Shown piece by piece: positions 18,618 to 27,133 of a stretch of 64,000 nt of DNA. The notes beneath the pieces are model-generated. The model searched no databases and was not told where the DNA came from. It was given only the letters and a program-made list of their open reading frames with translations. The DNA is from Dehalococcoidia bacterium (GTDB lineage: Bacteria; Chloroflexota; Dehalococcoidia; DSTF01; JACRBR01): NCBI GenBank assembly GCA_035650575.1, contig DASRHM010000123.1, forward strand, positions 1,234 to 65,233. The letters run 5' to 3'. Positions within the stretch are counted from its first letter, which is position 1. Each line of letters begins with the position of its first letter. Position numbers and translations under genes: made by a program.

Positions 18618-19982
18618 TCAGAGCCCGCTGACCATCATGCGCGAGACCTTCACGGTGGGGGCGGCGCCGCCGGCGAGCCAGAGCAGGTCGTCGCCTACCG
18701 CTTCGACGTCGCTCAGGATGTCCGCGAGGTTACCCGAGACGTTGATCTCGCTGACCGGGAACGCCAGCTTCCCGTTCTCGATCCAGATCCCGGCGGCGCC
18801 GAGGGACACGTCGCCGGTCGTCGTGTTGACGCCGAAGCCCATGAGGTCGGTGAGGTACAGGCCGTCGTTCACCGACGCGACCATGTCGTCCGGCGACGTC
18901 GTGCCCGGCTCCCAGACCAGGTTGCCGCCGCCGATCGTGATCGTGTCGCCCGCGCGCGCGGCGCTTCCCGTCGTGCGGCGGCCGGTGCGGCGCGCGTAGT
19001 AGCTGTCGAAGAGGAACTGGCGGAACACGCCCTGGTCGATGATCGGGTTGCGGCGCGTGGCAACGCCTTCGCCGTCGAAGGGCTTCGAACCGAGGCGGGC
19101 GGGCAGTGTCGCGTCGTCGACGATGTTCACGAGCGGCGACGCGATGCGCTTCCCCTCGCGGTCCACGAGGAACGTCGCGCGCTTGAAGAGCGCCTCGCCG
19201 CTCGCCGCGGAGGCCACCATGCGCGCGAGCCGCGCCGCCATCAGCGGGTCCCAGACGACCGGCGCCTCGCGCGTCGCGACCTTTTTCGCGCCGAGCTTCC
19301 GCACCGCGCGCGCCGCGGCGCGACGGCCGACATCCTCGGGCCGCTCGAGGCGGTGCAGCATGCGTTCCGCCGTGTACCAGTAGTCGTTGCGCTTCTTGCC
19401 GTCGGCGTCGTCCGCGATCACGGAGACGACATAGCTGGCGGCGGTGAAGGGGTAGCTGCCGGCAAAGCCGAGCGTGTTCGCCAGCACGAGCTGGCCGCGT
19501 TCGGCGCCGAACTCCGCGCCCTCGCTGTTCGTGATGCGCGCGTCGAAGTCGAACGCCGCCTGCTCGGCGCGCAGCACCAGGTCCTTCATCTCGTCGACGC
19601 CGAGCGACTCGACCGCCTCGTCGTAGAGCCCGAGCGAGCCGCCCGTGTCGAGCGCAAGGTCTTCCTTCGCCGGCAGCCCGGCGTACTCGTCCGGCTCGCT
19701 GATCGCCGCGAGCTCCACCGCCGTGCGCACCATCTCATCGAGCGCCGCGGGCGTGAAGTCCGTGGTGTTGCAGACGGCCGTGCGCTTGTCCTTGATCACC
19801 CGGATCGACGCGCCGTGCGACCCCGCCTCGATGAGCTTCTCGAGCTCGCCGCGGCGGACGCTCACGGTCGACTCGACGCCGCTGACGATGAGGACGTCCG
19901 CCTCGCCGGCGCCGAGGCGCCGCGCCTTCTCGACGATGTCGCCGGCGATGCCCCGCAGGTCCTCGGGCGGCGGCGCGCTCAC
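18618..19982 (-). CDS. pmbA: Metalloprotease PmbA/TldE (TldD/PmbA family, inactive partner subunit)
   Basis: Family signature in the C-terminal half (GDTITIGGGNLVWEPG, NDGLYLTDLMGFGVNTTTGDVS). GTG start at 19982 overlaps the stop of the upstream PAP2 gene. The N-terminal Arg-rich part of the 600-aa ORF was discarded as artefact. Confidence 0.85.
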   Translation of the reverse strand: MSAPPPEDLRGIAGDIVEKARRLGAGEADVLIVSGVESTVSVRRGELEKLIEAGSHGASIRVIKDKRTAVCNTTDFTPAALDEMVRTAVELAAISEPDEYAGLPAKEDLALDTGGSLGLYDEAVESLGVDEMKDLVLRAEQAAFDFDARITNSEGAEFGAERGQLVLANTLGFAGSYPFTAASYVVSVIADDADGKKRNDYWYTAERMLHRLERPEDVGRRAAARAVRKLGAKKVATREAPVVWDPLMAARLARMVASAASGEALFKRATFLVDREGKRIASPLVNIVDDATLPARLGSKPFDGEGVATRRNPIIDQGVFRQFLFDSYYARRTGRRTTGSAARAGDTITIGGGNLVWEPGTTSPDDMVASVNDGLYLTDLMGFGVNTTTGDVSLGAAGIWIENGKLAFPVSEINVSGNLADILSDVEAVGDDLLWLAGGAAPTVKVSRMMVSGL

Positions 19983-20554
19983 AGCAGGAAGGAGGGGACG
20001 ACGCGGCGCACGACGGTCCCGTCGATCCAGACGAGCAGGGGTCGCGCCGTCCACACGAGCAGCGCCGCGCCGATGCCGATCGCGGCGCCGCCGGCGACGT
20101 CGGACGGGTAGTGAATGCCGACGTACACGCGCGAGAACGCGGTCAGGATCGCGAGCGCGAGCATCAACAGCCCCAGGCGCTGGCGGTAAAGCCCGGCGCC
20201 GGCCGCCATGCCGAACGCCGCGGTGCTGTGCTCGGAGGGGAACGACGCATCCGGCGAGTGGTGCACGAGGAGGACGACATCGCCGCGGTCCACGAACGGG
20301 CGGTCGTGCACGTAGAAGTGCTGGATGACGATCGCGATGCCGATCGCGATCGCCGCCGAGAGCACGCCGGTGTACACGGCCGTGCGCCGCTGTTCGCCCC
20401 GGCCGACGCGCACGAACCACGAGACGGCGAGCAGGCCGAGGATGACGTAGATCGCGTACTGGGACGAGAACTTCATCAGGTGGTCGAGCAGCGCCGAGCG
20501 CCCGGCCAGGTCGTCGTTCAGGAAATCGAAAATCGCGCCGTTGATTCCGCCCAC
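19979..20554 (-). CDS. PAP2 (type 2 phosphatidic acid phosphatase) family membrane phosphatase
   Basis: PAP2 motifs SFPSEHS and VGIHYPSDV, multiple TM helices. GTG start (MGGINGAIFDFLND) lies 5 nt after the tldD stop. Confidence 0.75.
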   Translation of the reverse strand: MGGINGAIFDFLNDDLAGRSALLDHLMKFSSQYAIYVILGLLAVSWFVRVGRGEQRRTAVYTGVLSAAIAIGIAIVIQHFYVHDRPFVDRGDVVLLVHHSPDASFPSEHSTAAFGMAAGAGLYRQRLGLLMLALAILTAFSRVYVGIHYPSDVAGGAAIGIGAALLVWTARPLLVWIDGTVVRRVVPSFLL

Positions 20555-20559
20555 TCCCC

Positions 20560-22002
20560 CTATCCGGCCGCGGTGCCGCCGACGGTGATGCCGCTGATCA
20601 GCGTCGTCGGGATCCCCACGCCCACGGGCACGGACTGCCCGTCCTTGCCGCACGTCCAGCGGCCCTGGCTCAGCTTGAAGTCGTTGCCGACCGCCGTCAC
20701 CTTGCGCAGCACGTCCGGGCCGTTGCCGATCAGGTTCACGTTCCGGATCGGCGCGGTCACGCGCCCGCCTTCGATCAGATAGCCCTCGGTCACGCTGAAT
20801 ACGAAGTCGCCGTTGCTGATGTTGACCTGGCCGCCGTTGAAGGCGACGCAGTAGATGCCCTTGTCGACCGAGCGGATGATGTCCTCGGGCGACGACTCGC
20901 CCGCCAGCATGTACGTGTTCGTCATGCGGGGCATCGGGTAGTGCTTGAAGGACTGGCGTCGGCCGTTCCCCGTGGGTGCGGTGCGGAAGTGCTTCGTGCT
21001 CTGCACGTCCTGCAGGTACCCGCGCAGGACGCCGTGTTCGATGAGCACGTTGTAGCCGGGCGCGTTGCCCTCGTCGTCGATGTTGATCGAGCCGCGGCTC
21101 TCCGGGATCGTGCCGTCGTCCACGACCGTGCACAGCTCCGACGCGACGACGTTGCCCACCTGGTCCGTGTAGTTGCTCGTGCGCTTGCGGTTGAAATCGG
21201 CCTCGAGCCCGTGGCCGATGGCCTCGTGCAGCATGATGCCGCTGTCGCCGGCGGCGAGCACGACCGGGAAGGTGCCGGCCGGCGCATCGATCGCGGATTG
21301 CAGGACGACCGCCTGCCGCGCGGCCTCCTGCGCGAGCGCCTCGGGCGTGTTGGTCTCGAAGTACGCCATCCCCATCCGCCCGCCGCCGCCCCAGCGCGCG
21401 CTCTGGCGGTTGCCGTCGCGCTCGGACAGGCAGGTGACGTTGAAGCGCACGAGCGGCTGCACGTCGCCGGTGATGCGCGCGTCGCTGGTCACGATCATGA
21501 CGTGCTTCAGCTCATCGATGAAATTGACGTCGACGCGGGCGATCGCCGAGTCGAAGGCGCGGGCGGCGCGGTCGGCGCGCCGGATCAGGTCGACCTTCTC
21601 CGCCGGCGCCACGCCGACCGTGCTCGCGGACGGCGCGTAGTAGCTGGCGGATTCGAAGTGCATGACGTCGACGGGCGGGGCCGTATCGCCGCGGGAGGCG
21701 ATGCGGGCGGCCGTGTCCGCAGCGCGGCGCATCGCGTCGCGCGAGAGGTCTTCGGTATAGGCGTAGCCGATGGCGTCGCCCTGCAGCACGCGCACGCCGA
21801 GGCCCTGGGAGGCGCTGCGGCTGGCGGACTTGACGGCCTGCTGCTCAAACGTGATGTTCGAGCCTTCGCGGTGCTCGAAGAAGAGCTCGGCGTGCTCGCC
21901 GCCGCGGCTCAGCGCCACGCCCAGCACCCCGGCGGCGACCGACTGGTCGATGCCGTAGCGGTCGCGGAAGAACGCCTCCGCTTCGCGCGCCGAATCTGTC
22001 AT
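20560..22002 (-). CDS. tldD: Metalloprotease TldD
   Basis: Catalytic HEAIGHGLEADF motif (HExxxH). ATG start at 22002 (MTDSAREAEAFF) overlaps the upstream methyltransferase stop (ATGA). Confidence 0.88.
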   Translation of the reverse strand: MTDSAREAEAFFRDRYGIDQSVAAGVLGVALSRGGEHAELFFEHREGSNITFEQQAVKSASRSASQGLGVRVLQGDAIGYAYTEDLSRDAMRRAADTAARIASRGDTAPPVDVMHFESASYYAPSASTVGVAPAEKVDLIRRADRAARAFDSAIARVDVNFIDELKHVMIVTSDARITGDVQPLVRFNVTCLSERDGNRQSARWGGGGRMGMAYFETNTPEALAQEAARQAVVLQSAIDAPAGTFPVVLAAGDSGIMLHEAIGHGLEADFNRKRTSNYTDQVGNVVASELCTVVDDGTIPESRGSINIDDEGNAPGYNVLIEHGVLRGYLQDVQSTKHFRTAPTGNGRRQSFKHYPMPRMTNTYMLAGESSPEDIIRSVDKGIYCVAFNGGQVNISNGDFVFSVTEGYLIEGGRVTAPIRNVNLIGNGPDVLRKVTAVGNDFKLSQGRWTCGKDGQSVPVGVGIPTTLISGITVGGTAAG

Positions 22003-22829
22003 CGGGGAAGCTCCCTGTCTCCGTGCGGCGACGCAGCCATGATAGCAGCCGGATCGTCTGCCGGAGGTTGCGGTTCCGTAACCCGGGAGGGCGCCAAAGT
22101 GCGCCGGGCGACGAACGTCAGGCTCTTCGGCCAGACCCAGGCGCCGGCTCCGTCGAGCGCGGCGATGAAACGCGAGCGCCCCGCTGCCGCCCGCAGCCGC
22201 AGGCGCCATCCCGGCGTGCGGCGCCCGGCGGCCACGGCGAGCGCGACCGCCTGTTCGAAGTCGCTGCGCCGGCGCGCTCGCTGCACCGCATCGGTCAGGC
22301 AGTAGCGCAGCCAGAAGATCGAGTCGATGAAGTGCACGTACCGCATCGACTCAAGCTCGAAGCCCACCGCGCGCAGGCGCGCGAAGAGGCGTGGCGGGCG
22401 GTAGATGCGGACGTGCCCCCCCGGCGCCTCGCGGTAACCACGCGACAGCAGGAAGTACGGCACCTCGGTGAAATGCGAGGGGACGGCGCCGAGCAGCGGC
22501 GCGCCGGGCCGCGTGACGCGCGCCAGTTCGCGCATCGCCGCGCGGTCGTCCGGCAGGTGCTCCAGCGTCTCCGTGCAGACCGCTGCGTCGAACGCGCGAT
22601 CACGGAAGGGCAGACGGGCGGCATCGGCGACGACGAACGACGCGCCGCCGCCGGCGTCGCGCGCTTCGCGCAGCGTCGCCACGTCATAGTCGACGCCGAC
22701 GGCGGCGCACCCGCGTGCCAGCGCCGCGCGCACGTGCCGCCCGTCGCCGCAGCCGACGTCGATCACGCGCGCGCCGGCGGGCAGGCGCCGCGGGTCGATG
22801 CTGAGTTTCGCGCCGGTGATCTCGGCCAT
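21999..22829 (-). CDS. Class I SAM-dependent methyltransferase
   Basis: Motif I VIDVGCGDG, and an acidic residue after beta-2. 276 aa. First gene of the overlapping MTase-tldD-PAP2-pmbA set. Confidence 0.75.
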   Translation of the reverse strand: MAEITGAKLSIDPRRLPAGARVIDVGCGDGRHVRAALARGCAAVGVDYDVATLREARDAGGGASFVVADAARLPFRDRAFDAAVCTETLEHLPDDRAAMRELARVTRPGAPLLGAVPSHFTEVPYFLLSRGYREAPGGHVRIYRPPRLFARLRAVGFELESMRYVHFIDSIFWLRYCLTDAVQRARRRSDFEQAVALAVAAGRRTPGWRLRLRAAAGRSRFIAALDGAGAWVWPKSLTFVARRTLAPSRVTEPQPPADDPAAIMAASPHGDRELPR

Positions 22830-22867
22830 CGGGTCCAGATGCCCGGGCGCGGCGCGCGCCGCCGGCC

Positions 22868-23602
22868 CTAGGTCATCCGCATCCCCTCGAGGTGCGCCAG
22901 GTCGTTGAGGCGCCAGAGGACGCGCCGCCCGGCCGCGGCCCGGATCGAGGTGATCGAGGCGTTGAAGCAGTAAAACGGGAAGTCGCTGCGCAGCCCCAGG
23001 ATCTCGGCGACGTAGGACTGGATGACCCCGCCATGGCAGGTCACGGCGACCTTCCTTCCCGGGTTCTCCGCCACGATGTAATCGATCGCGCGCACGATGC
23101 GGTCGCGAAAATGGCGGCTGGGCTCGCTCCCCGGCAGGTTGTCCCAGGTCGGATCCTGCTCGAAGCGGCGCTTGATGTCAGCGTGCGTCACGCCCTCGGG
23201 CAGGGGGGCGGTCTCCGGGTCGGCGGTGCCTTCGGCCCGCAGCGGCTCGTTGATCTCCTGCAGGTCGTCGATTACTTCGATGCGATGCCCCGTGAGCTTC
23301 GCGATGGCCATGCCCGTGTCGTAGGAGCGCTTCAGCGGGCTGCTGTAGATCGCGTCGACGCCGTAGGCCGCCATCCGCTCGCCGAGGCGCCGGGCCTGCT
23401 CCTCGCCGACGGGCGTGAGCGGCGGGTCGTAGGTGACGAGCTTGCCTTCGCGGCGGGCGGCGTTGCCGCCGGACTCGCCGTGGCGGATCAGGTACAGGCG
23501 CACGGCGTCGGGCCGGCTCAGCAGGAGCACGTCCTGGAAGTAATACGCCATCGGGTCGATGGGCGCGGGCTGGGTGCGGGGATCGCGGTCGGGGTCCCTC
23601 AT
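22868..23602 (-). CDS. Histidine phosphatase family protein (phosphoglycerate-mutase-like)
   Basis: RHGES catalytic motif (LYLIRHGESGGN) and a downstream His. Start uncertain, with two in-frame ATGs at 23602 and 23551. Confidence 0.75.
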   Translation of the reverse strand: MRDPDRDPRTQPAPIDPMAYYFQDVLLLSRPDAVRLYLIRHGESGGNAARREGKLVTYDPPLTPVGEEQARRLGERMAAYGVDAIYSSPLKRSYDTGMAIAKLTGHRIEVIDDLQEINEPLRAEGTADPETAPLPEGVTHADIKRRFEQDPTWDNLPGSEPSRHFRDRIVRAIDYIVAENPGRKVAVTCHGGVIQSYVAEILGLRSDFPFYCFNASITSIRAAAGRRVLWRLNDLAHLEGMRMT

Positions 23603-23763
23603 GCGACGCAAGGTAATCGCGCCCCGGCCGCCGGACAAGCGCCATGCGGCGCCGGCCGGGCTTCGTTTTTCGCACCTCGGCGAGGGGGCTAGGAGCAAAA
23701 GCGCAACGGGGAGTAGAATGAATTGCAGCAACTTACGCACACCCGCGCAGCAGGAGGATTATC

Positions 23764-24915
23764 TTGGCCACTGATGTCGTCATCGTCGAGGCGGTACGCA
23801 CCGCCATGGGCCGCCGCAACGGCATGCTCTCGGGCACGCACCCGGTCACGCTCGGCGCGAAGGTCCTCCGCGAGGTGGTGGACCGCGCGGGCATCGAGCC
23901 GGGGATGGTCGAGGACGTCGTCTTCGGCAACGTCTCGCAGGTCGGCGAGCAGGCGGCGAACATCGGGCGCAACGTCGTGCTCGAGGCCGGCTTCCCGATC
24001 GAAGTGCCGGGCACGACCGTCGACCGCCAGTGCGGCTCCGGGCAGCAGGCGATCCACTTCGCCGCGAGCCTGATCTACGCCGGCGCGGTGGACATCGCGA
24101 TCGGCGGCGGCGTCGAGGTGATGTCGCGCGTGCCGATGGGCTCGAACTTCAAGGTCGCGGGCTTCCCGTTCACCGAATACATGCGCACGACGTACGACCT
24201 GACGTCGCAGGGCGTCGCGGCCGACAACATCGCGCGCAAGTGGGGCTTCAGCCGCCAGCAGCTCGATGAGTTCGCGCTGCAGAGCCAGGAGCGCGCGAAG
24301 GCCGCGCGCGACGCCGGCAAGTTCGAGAAGGAGATCGTGCCGGTCGAGGTCGAGCACGAGGGCGCGAAGGGCGTCTTCAAGGTCGACGAGGGCATCCGCG
24401 ACACCTCGCTCGAGAAGCTCGGCACGCTGGCACCGTCGTTCGGTGAGGACGGCCTGCACCACGCGGGCAACTCCAGCCAGATCACCGACGGCGCCGCGGC
24501 AGTGCTGCTGATGTCCGCGGAGAAGGCGAAGGAGCTGGGCCTGAAGCCGCGCGCGCGCATCGTCGCCCAGGCGGTCGTGGGCTCGGACCCGCACCTGATG
24601 CTCACGGGTCCGATCACGGCGACGCCGGCCGTGCTCAAGAAGGCCGGCCTGAAGCTGGAGGACATCGACCGCGTCGAGATCAACGAGGCGTTCGCTTCGG
24701 TCGTCCTCGCCTGGCAGAAGGAGATGGGTGCCGACATGTCGAAGGTGAACGTCAATGGCGGCGCCATCGCGCTGGGCCACCCGCTCGGCTGCACGGGCGC
24801 GCGGCTGATGACGACGCTGCTGCACGAGCTGGAGCGCACCGGCGGCCGCTACGGCCATGAGGTGATGTGCTGCGGCGGCGGCATCGGCACGGCGACGATC
24901 ATCGAGCGGCTGTAG
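23764..24915 (+). CDS. Acetyl-CoA C-acetyltransferase (thiolase II)
   Basis: Catalytic Cys region VDRQCGSGQQAI, and C-terminal NVNGGAIALGHPLGCTGARL ... MCCGGGIGTAT. TTG start with AGGAGG SD. Confidence 0.92.
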   Translation: MATDVVIVEAVRTAMGRRNGMLSGTHPVTLGAKVLREVVDRAGIEPGMVEDVVFGNVSQVGEQAANIGRNVVLEAGFPIEVPGTTVDRQCGSGQQAIHFAASLIYAGAVDIAIGGGVEVMSRVPMGSNFKVAGFPFTEYMRTTYDLTSQGVAADNIARKWGFSRQQLDEFALQSQERAKAARDAGKFEKEIVPVEVEHEGAKGVFKVDEGIRDTSLEKLGTLAPSFGEDGLHHAGNSSQITDGAAAVLLMSAEKAKELGLKPRARIVAQAVVGSDPHLMLTGPITATPAVLKKAGLKLEDIDRVEINEAFASVVLAWQKEMGADMSKVNVNGGAIALGHPLGCTGARLMTTLLHELERTGGRYGHEVMCCGGGIGTATIIERL

Positions 24916-24936
24916 GGCTAAGCGAGCACCGGGAGG

Positions 24937-24976
24937 GATCAGCAGGGGCGGCTCACGTGAGCCGCCCCTGCTGATC
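24937..24976. terminator. Perfect 40-nt palindrome (20-bp arms) between convergent genes; bidirectional terminator candidate
   Basis: GATCAGCAGGGGCGGCTCAC|GTGAGCCGCCCCTGCTGATC read directly. A second hairpin (CGAGGGC-CGT-GCCCTCG) lies about 40 nt further on. Confidence 0.6.
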
Positions 24977-25045
24977 ATCGCACCGCTACGCGCGGTGCCG
25001 CACGAGGGCCGTGCCCTCGGTACAACGCCCTCGCATCGGGCGCCG

Positions 25046-25639
25046 CTAGTGTGGTGACGTGGCACGCCGGCTCGCCCGCGCGCGCACGAGCGCCAGCGTC
25101 GCCGCGCCGGCCGCGAGCGCGGAGAGGAATCCGAGTGGCAGCGCCACCTTCGCGACGCCGAGCATCGAGCTGTCGCTCCGACCGGCCGCCGCGCTCCCGT
25201 GCCCGCCGGCATCCGGCAACGCGCCGCCCATCTCGGCCGGGAACGCCGCCGCGCTGCCATCGCCGACGACGACGGCGCCCACCATGCCCGCGTGCAGGAA
25301 GCAGAAGTACGGGTAGACGCCTTCGCGCGCGAAGACGTGCACGTACGTCTGGTCCTGCGCGAGCACATCGCTGCCCCAGCTCGCGGGCCCGGCGAGCTCG
25401 CCGGTGACGGTGTGTTGCGTCGCATCGCGGTTGCGCCAGGTGACGGGGGCGCCGGCCGCGACGCGCAGCACCTTCGGCACCATGCACGACTCCTTGAGGT
25501 CCACCGTCGTGCCGCGCGCATCGGTCGCCGGCTCGCGGCAACCGCCGCCGCCGCCCTGCGCGATGCTTGGCGCGAGCAGGGCGCCCGCCGCGACCGCGAG
25601 GACGAGGAGTGTGAGGCTGGTGAGCCGCGTCGCCGTCAT
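25046..25639 (-). CDS. Membrane-anchored type-1 copper (cupredoxin/plastocyanin-like) protein
   Basis: Signal peptide, copper-ligand pattern H...C..H....M (TQHTV ... YPYFCFLHAGM), and a C-terminal hydrophobic anchor with basic tail. Start taken at the internal ATG (MTATRL). Confidence 0.75.
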   Translation of the reverse strand: MTATRLTSLTLLVLAVAAGALLAPSIAQGGGGGCREPATDARGTTVDLKESCMVPKVLRVAAGAPVTWRNRDATQHTVTGELAGPASWGSDVLAQDQTYVHVFAREGVYPYFCFLHAGMVGAVVVGDGSAAAFPAEMGGALPDAGGHGSAAAGRSDSSMLGVAKVALPLGFLSALAAGAATLALVRARASRRATSPH

Positions 25640-25689
25640 GGTGCACCTCCGTTGGCGTCGATACACCATGCGACGGCCGGAGGTTCCCG

Positions 25690-26430
25690 CTAGGGCAGCG
25701 TTTCGGCGAGTGCGATCGACTCCGCTTCCGGCAGCTCCGTCTCGAGCCGGTAGAAGCCTGCCGGCGTGCTCCAGATCAGCGTGGCGCGGCCGACGGTCCG
25801 CACCGACGCCGCCACGGTCTCGCCGCCGGGGTCAACGAAGCGGACGATGTGCTCGCCGGCGCCGACCCACGTCGCGGCGCGGCCAGCAACGGTCACGTCG
25901 CGCACCTCGACACCGGGCGGCACGCCCTTCACGAAGAAGCCGTCGGTGTGCGATTCCCAGAGGTCGAACTGCGGGTACTGCAGCACGACGGCCGGCGGCC
26001 TGCCGTAGTCGACGAGGTACACGGCAACGGGCGCGCCCGCTTGCGGCGGCAGCGACGGCGCGAACCCGGAGGCGGTCCGCGCGCCATCCAGCGTCGTGGG
26101 CGTCGCGCTGAAGGTGATGCCCGCGGGCGTCGGGAGGGGGGTCGGGGTAACGCCGGGCGCGGGCGTCGGCAGGATCTCGACCTTCGAGCGGGAGACACCG
26201 AAGAACTGCGCGACGGCGGAGCGTGACGCCGGTACGGCGAGCGGCACCGCCATCGCGATCGCCAGGGCTGCTGCAGCCGCGAGCGCGAGCGCCGGACGGA
26301 GATGCCAGCGCCGGCGCCGTTCAGGCCGCGCGACCAATTCGAGCACGCGGCCGCGCACATCGGGGGTCGGCGGGTAGGCGAGCCGCGCGGCGACGCGTGC
26401 CACATCGCGCTCGAAGCTCAGGTCATCCAT
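25690..26430 (-). CDS. Anti-sigma factor-like single-pass membrane protein
   Basis: Overlaps the ECF sigma stop by 8 nt. Short cytoplasmic N-terminus, one TM, a PT-rich linker and an extracytoplasmic domain. No zinc-finger motif. Confidence 0.6.
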   Translation of the reverse strand: MDDLSFERDVARVAARLAYPPTPDVRGRVLELVARPERRRRWHLRPALALAAAAALAIAMAVPLAVPASRSAVAQFFGVSRSKVEILPTPAPGVTPTPLPTPAGITFSATPTTLDGARTASGFAPSLPPQAGAPVAVYLVDYGRPPAVVLQYPQFDLWESHTDGFFVKGVPPGVEVRDVTVAGRAATWVGAGEHIVRFVDPGGETVAASVRTVGRATLIWSTPAGFYRLETELPEAESIALAETLP

Positions 26431-27019
26431 CGTCCAACTCCATGAGCTGCGGATAGCGCGCCTCGACGACGGCGCGCAGGCGCCGCGTCGCGCGATGCAG
26501 TCGCGACTTCACGGTCCCGGCCGGCTTGCCGATCGCCGCGGCGATCTCGCGCTCCGGCAGGTCCAGGAAGTAGCGCAGGTGCAGGATCGTCCGGTCGTCC
26601 GCCGGCAGCTCGCCGATGGCGCGCAGCAGCGCCGCCGCATCGTCGCCGGCGACGGCGCGCACGTCCGGCGATGGCGCCGGATCGCGCGAGGTGAGTGCCG
26701 TCGCGCGGGCGAGCAGGCCGGCGCGACGCCCCCGCGCCCGCACCTCGTTCAGCGCCAGGTTCGTGACGATGCGCAGGAGCCACGGCCGGAACGGCTCGCC
26801 GGCGCGGAACGTGCCGATGCGGCGATACGCGCGGACGAACGCGTCCTGCGCCACGTCCTCGGCGAGGGCGGCGTCGCGGACGACGAGCCACGCCGCACGA
26901 AACGCGACCTCCTGGTGGCGTTCGACGAGCGCACCGAAGGCCGCCGCATCGCCGGCCGATGCGCGCGCGATCGCCTCCGCTTCCCCGAGCAGCGCGCTGT
27001 CCACCCGGCTGTTGTACAC
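26423..27019 (-). CDS. ECF (sigma-70 family group 4) RNA polymerase sigma factor
   Basis: Region 2 (AFGALVERHQEVAFRAAWLVV...DVAQDAFVRAY) and region 4 HTH (LPADDRTILHLRYFLDLPEREIAAAIGKPAGTVKSRL). Start GTG about 27019 (alternative 27004). The N-terminal ~150 aa of the 354-aa ORF were discarded. Confidence 0.85.
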   Translation of the reverse strand: MYNSRVDSALLGEAEAIARASAGDAAAFGALVERHQEVAFRAAWLVVRDAALAEDVAQDAFVRAYRRIGTFRAGEPFRPWLLRIVTNLALNEVRARGRRAGLLARATALTSRDPAPSPDVRAVAGDDAAALLRAIGELPADDRTILHLRYFLDLPEREIAAAIGKPAGTVKSRLHRATRRLRAVVEARYPQLMELDDG

Positions 27020-27133
27020 CGGCGGCCGCCCGGCGGTTCGCGTCGGGTCGATGACACAGGCGCCGGGCGGGCCGTAAGATGGAGGCGACCGCAGGGCTAA
27101 ACGCCCCGGCCCGGGGTGTGAAGGGAGATTCGC

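Noticed and set aside
23689-25521. 610-aa minus-strand ORF
   Set aside because: Antisense to the well-supported thiolase gene. Arg/Ala-rich with no motifs.
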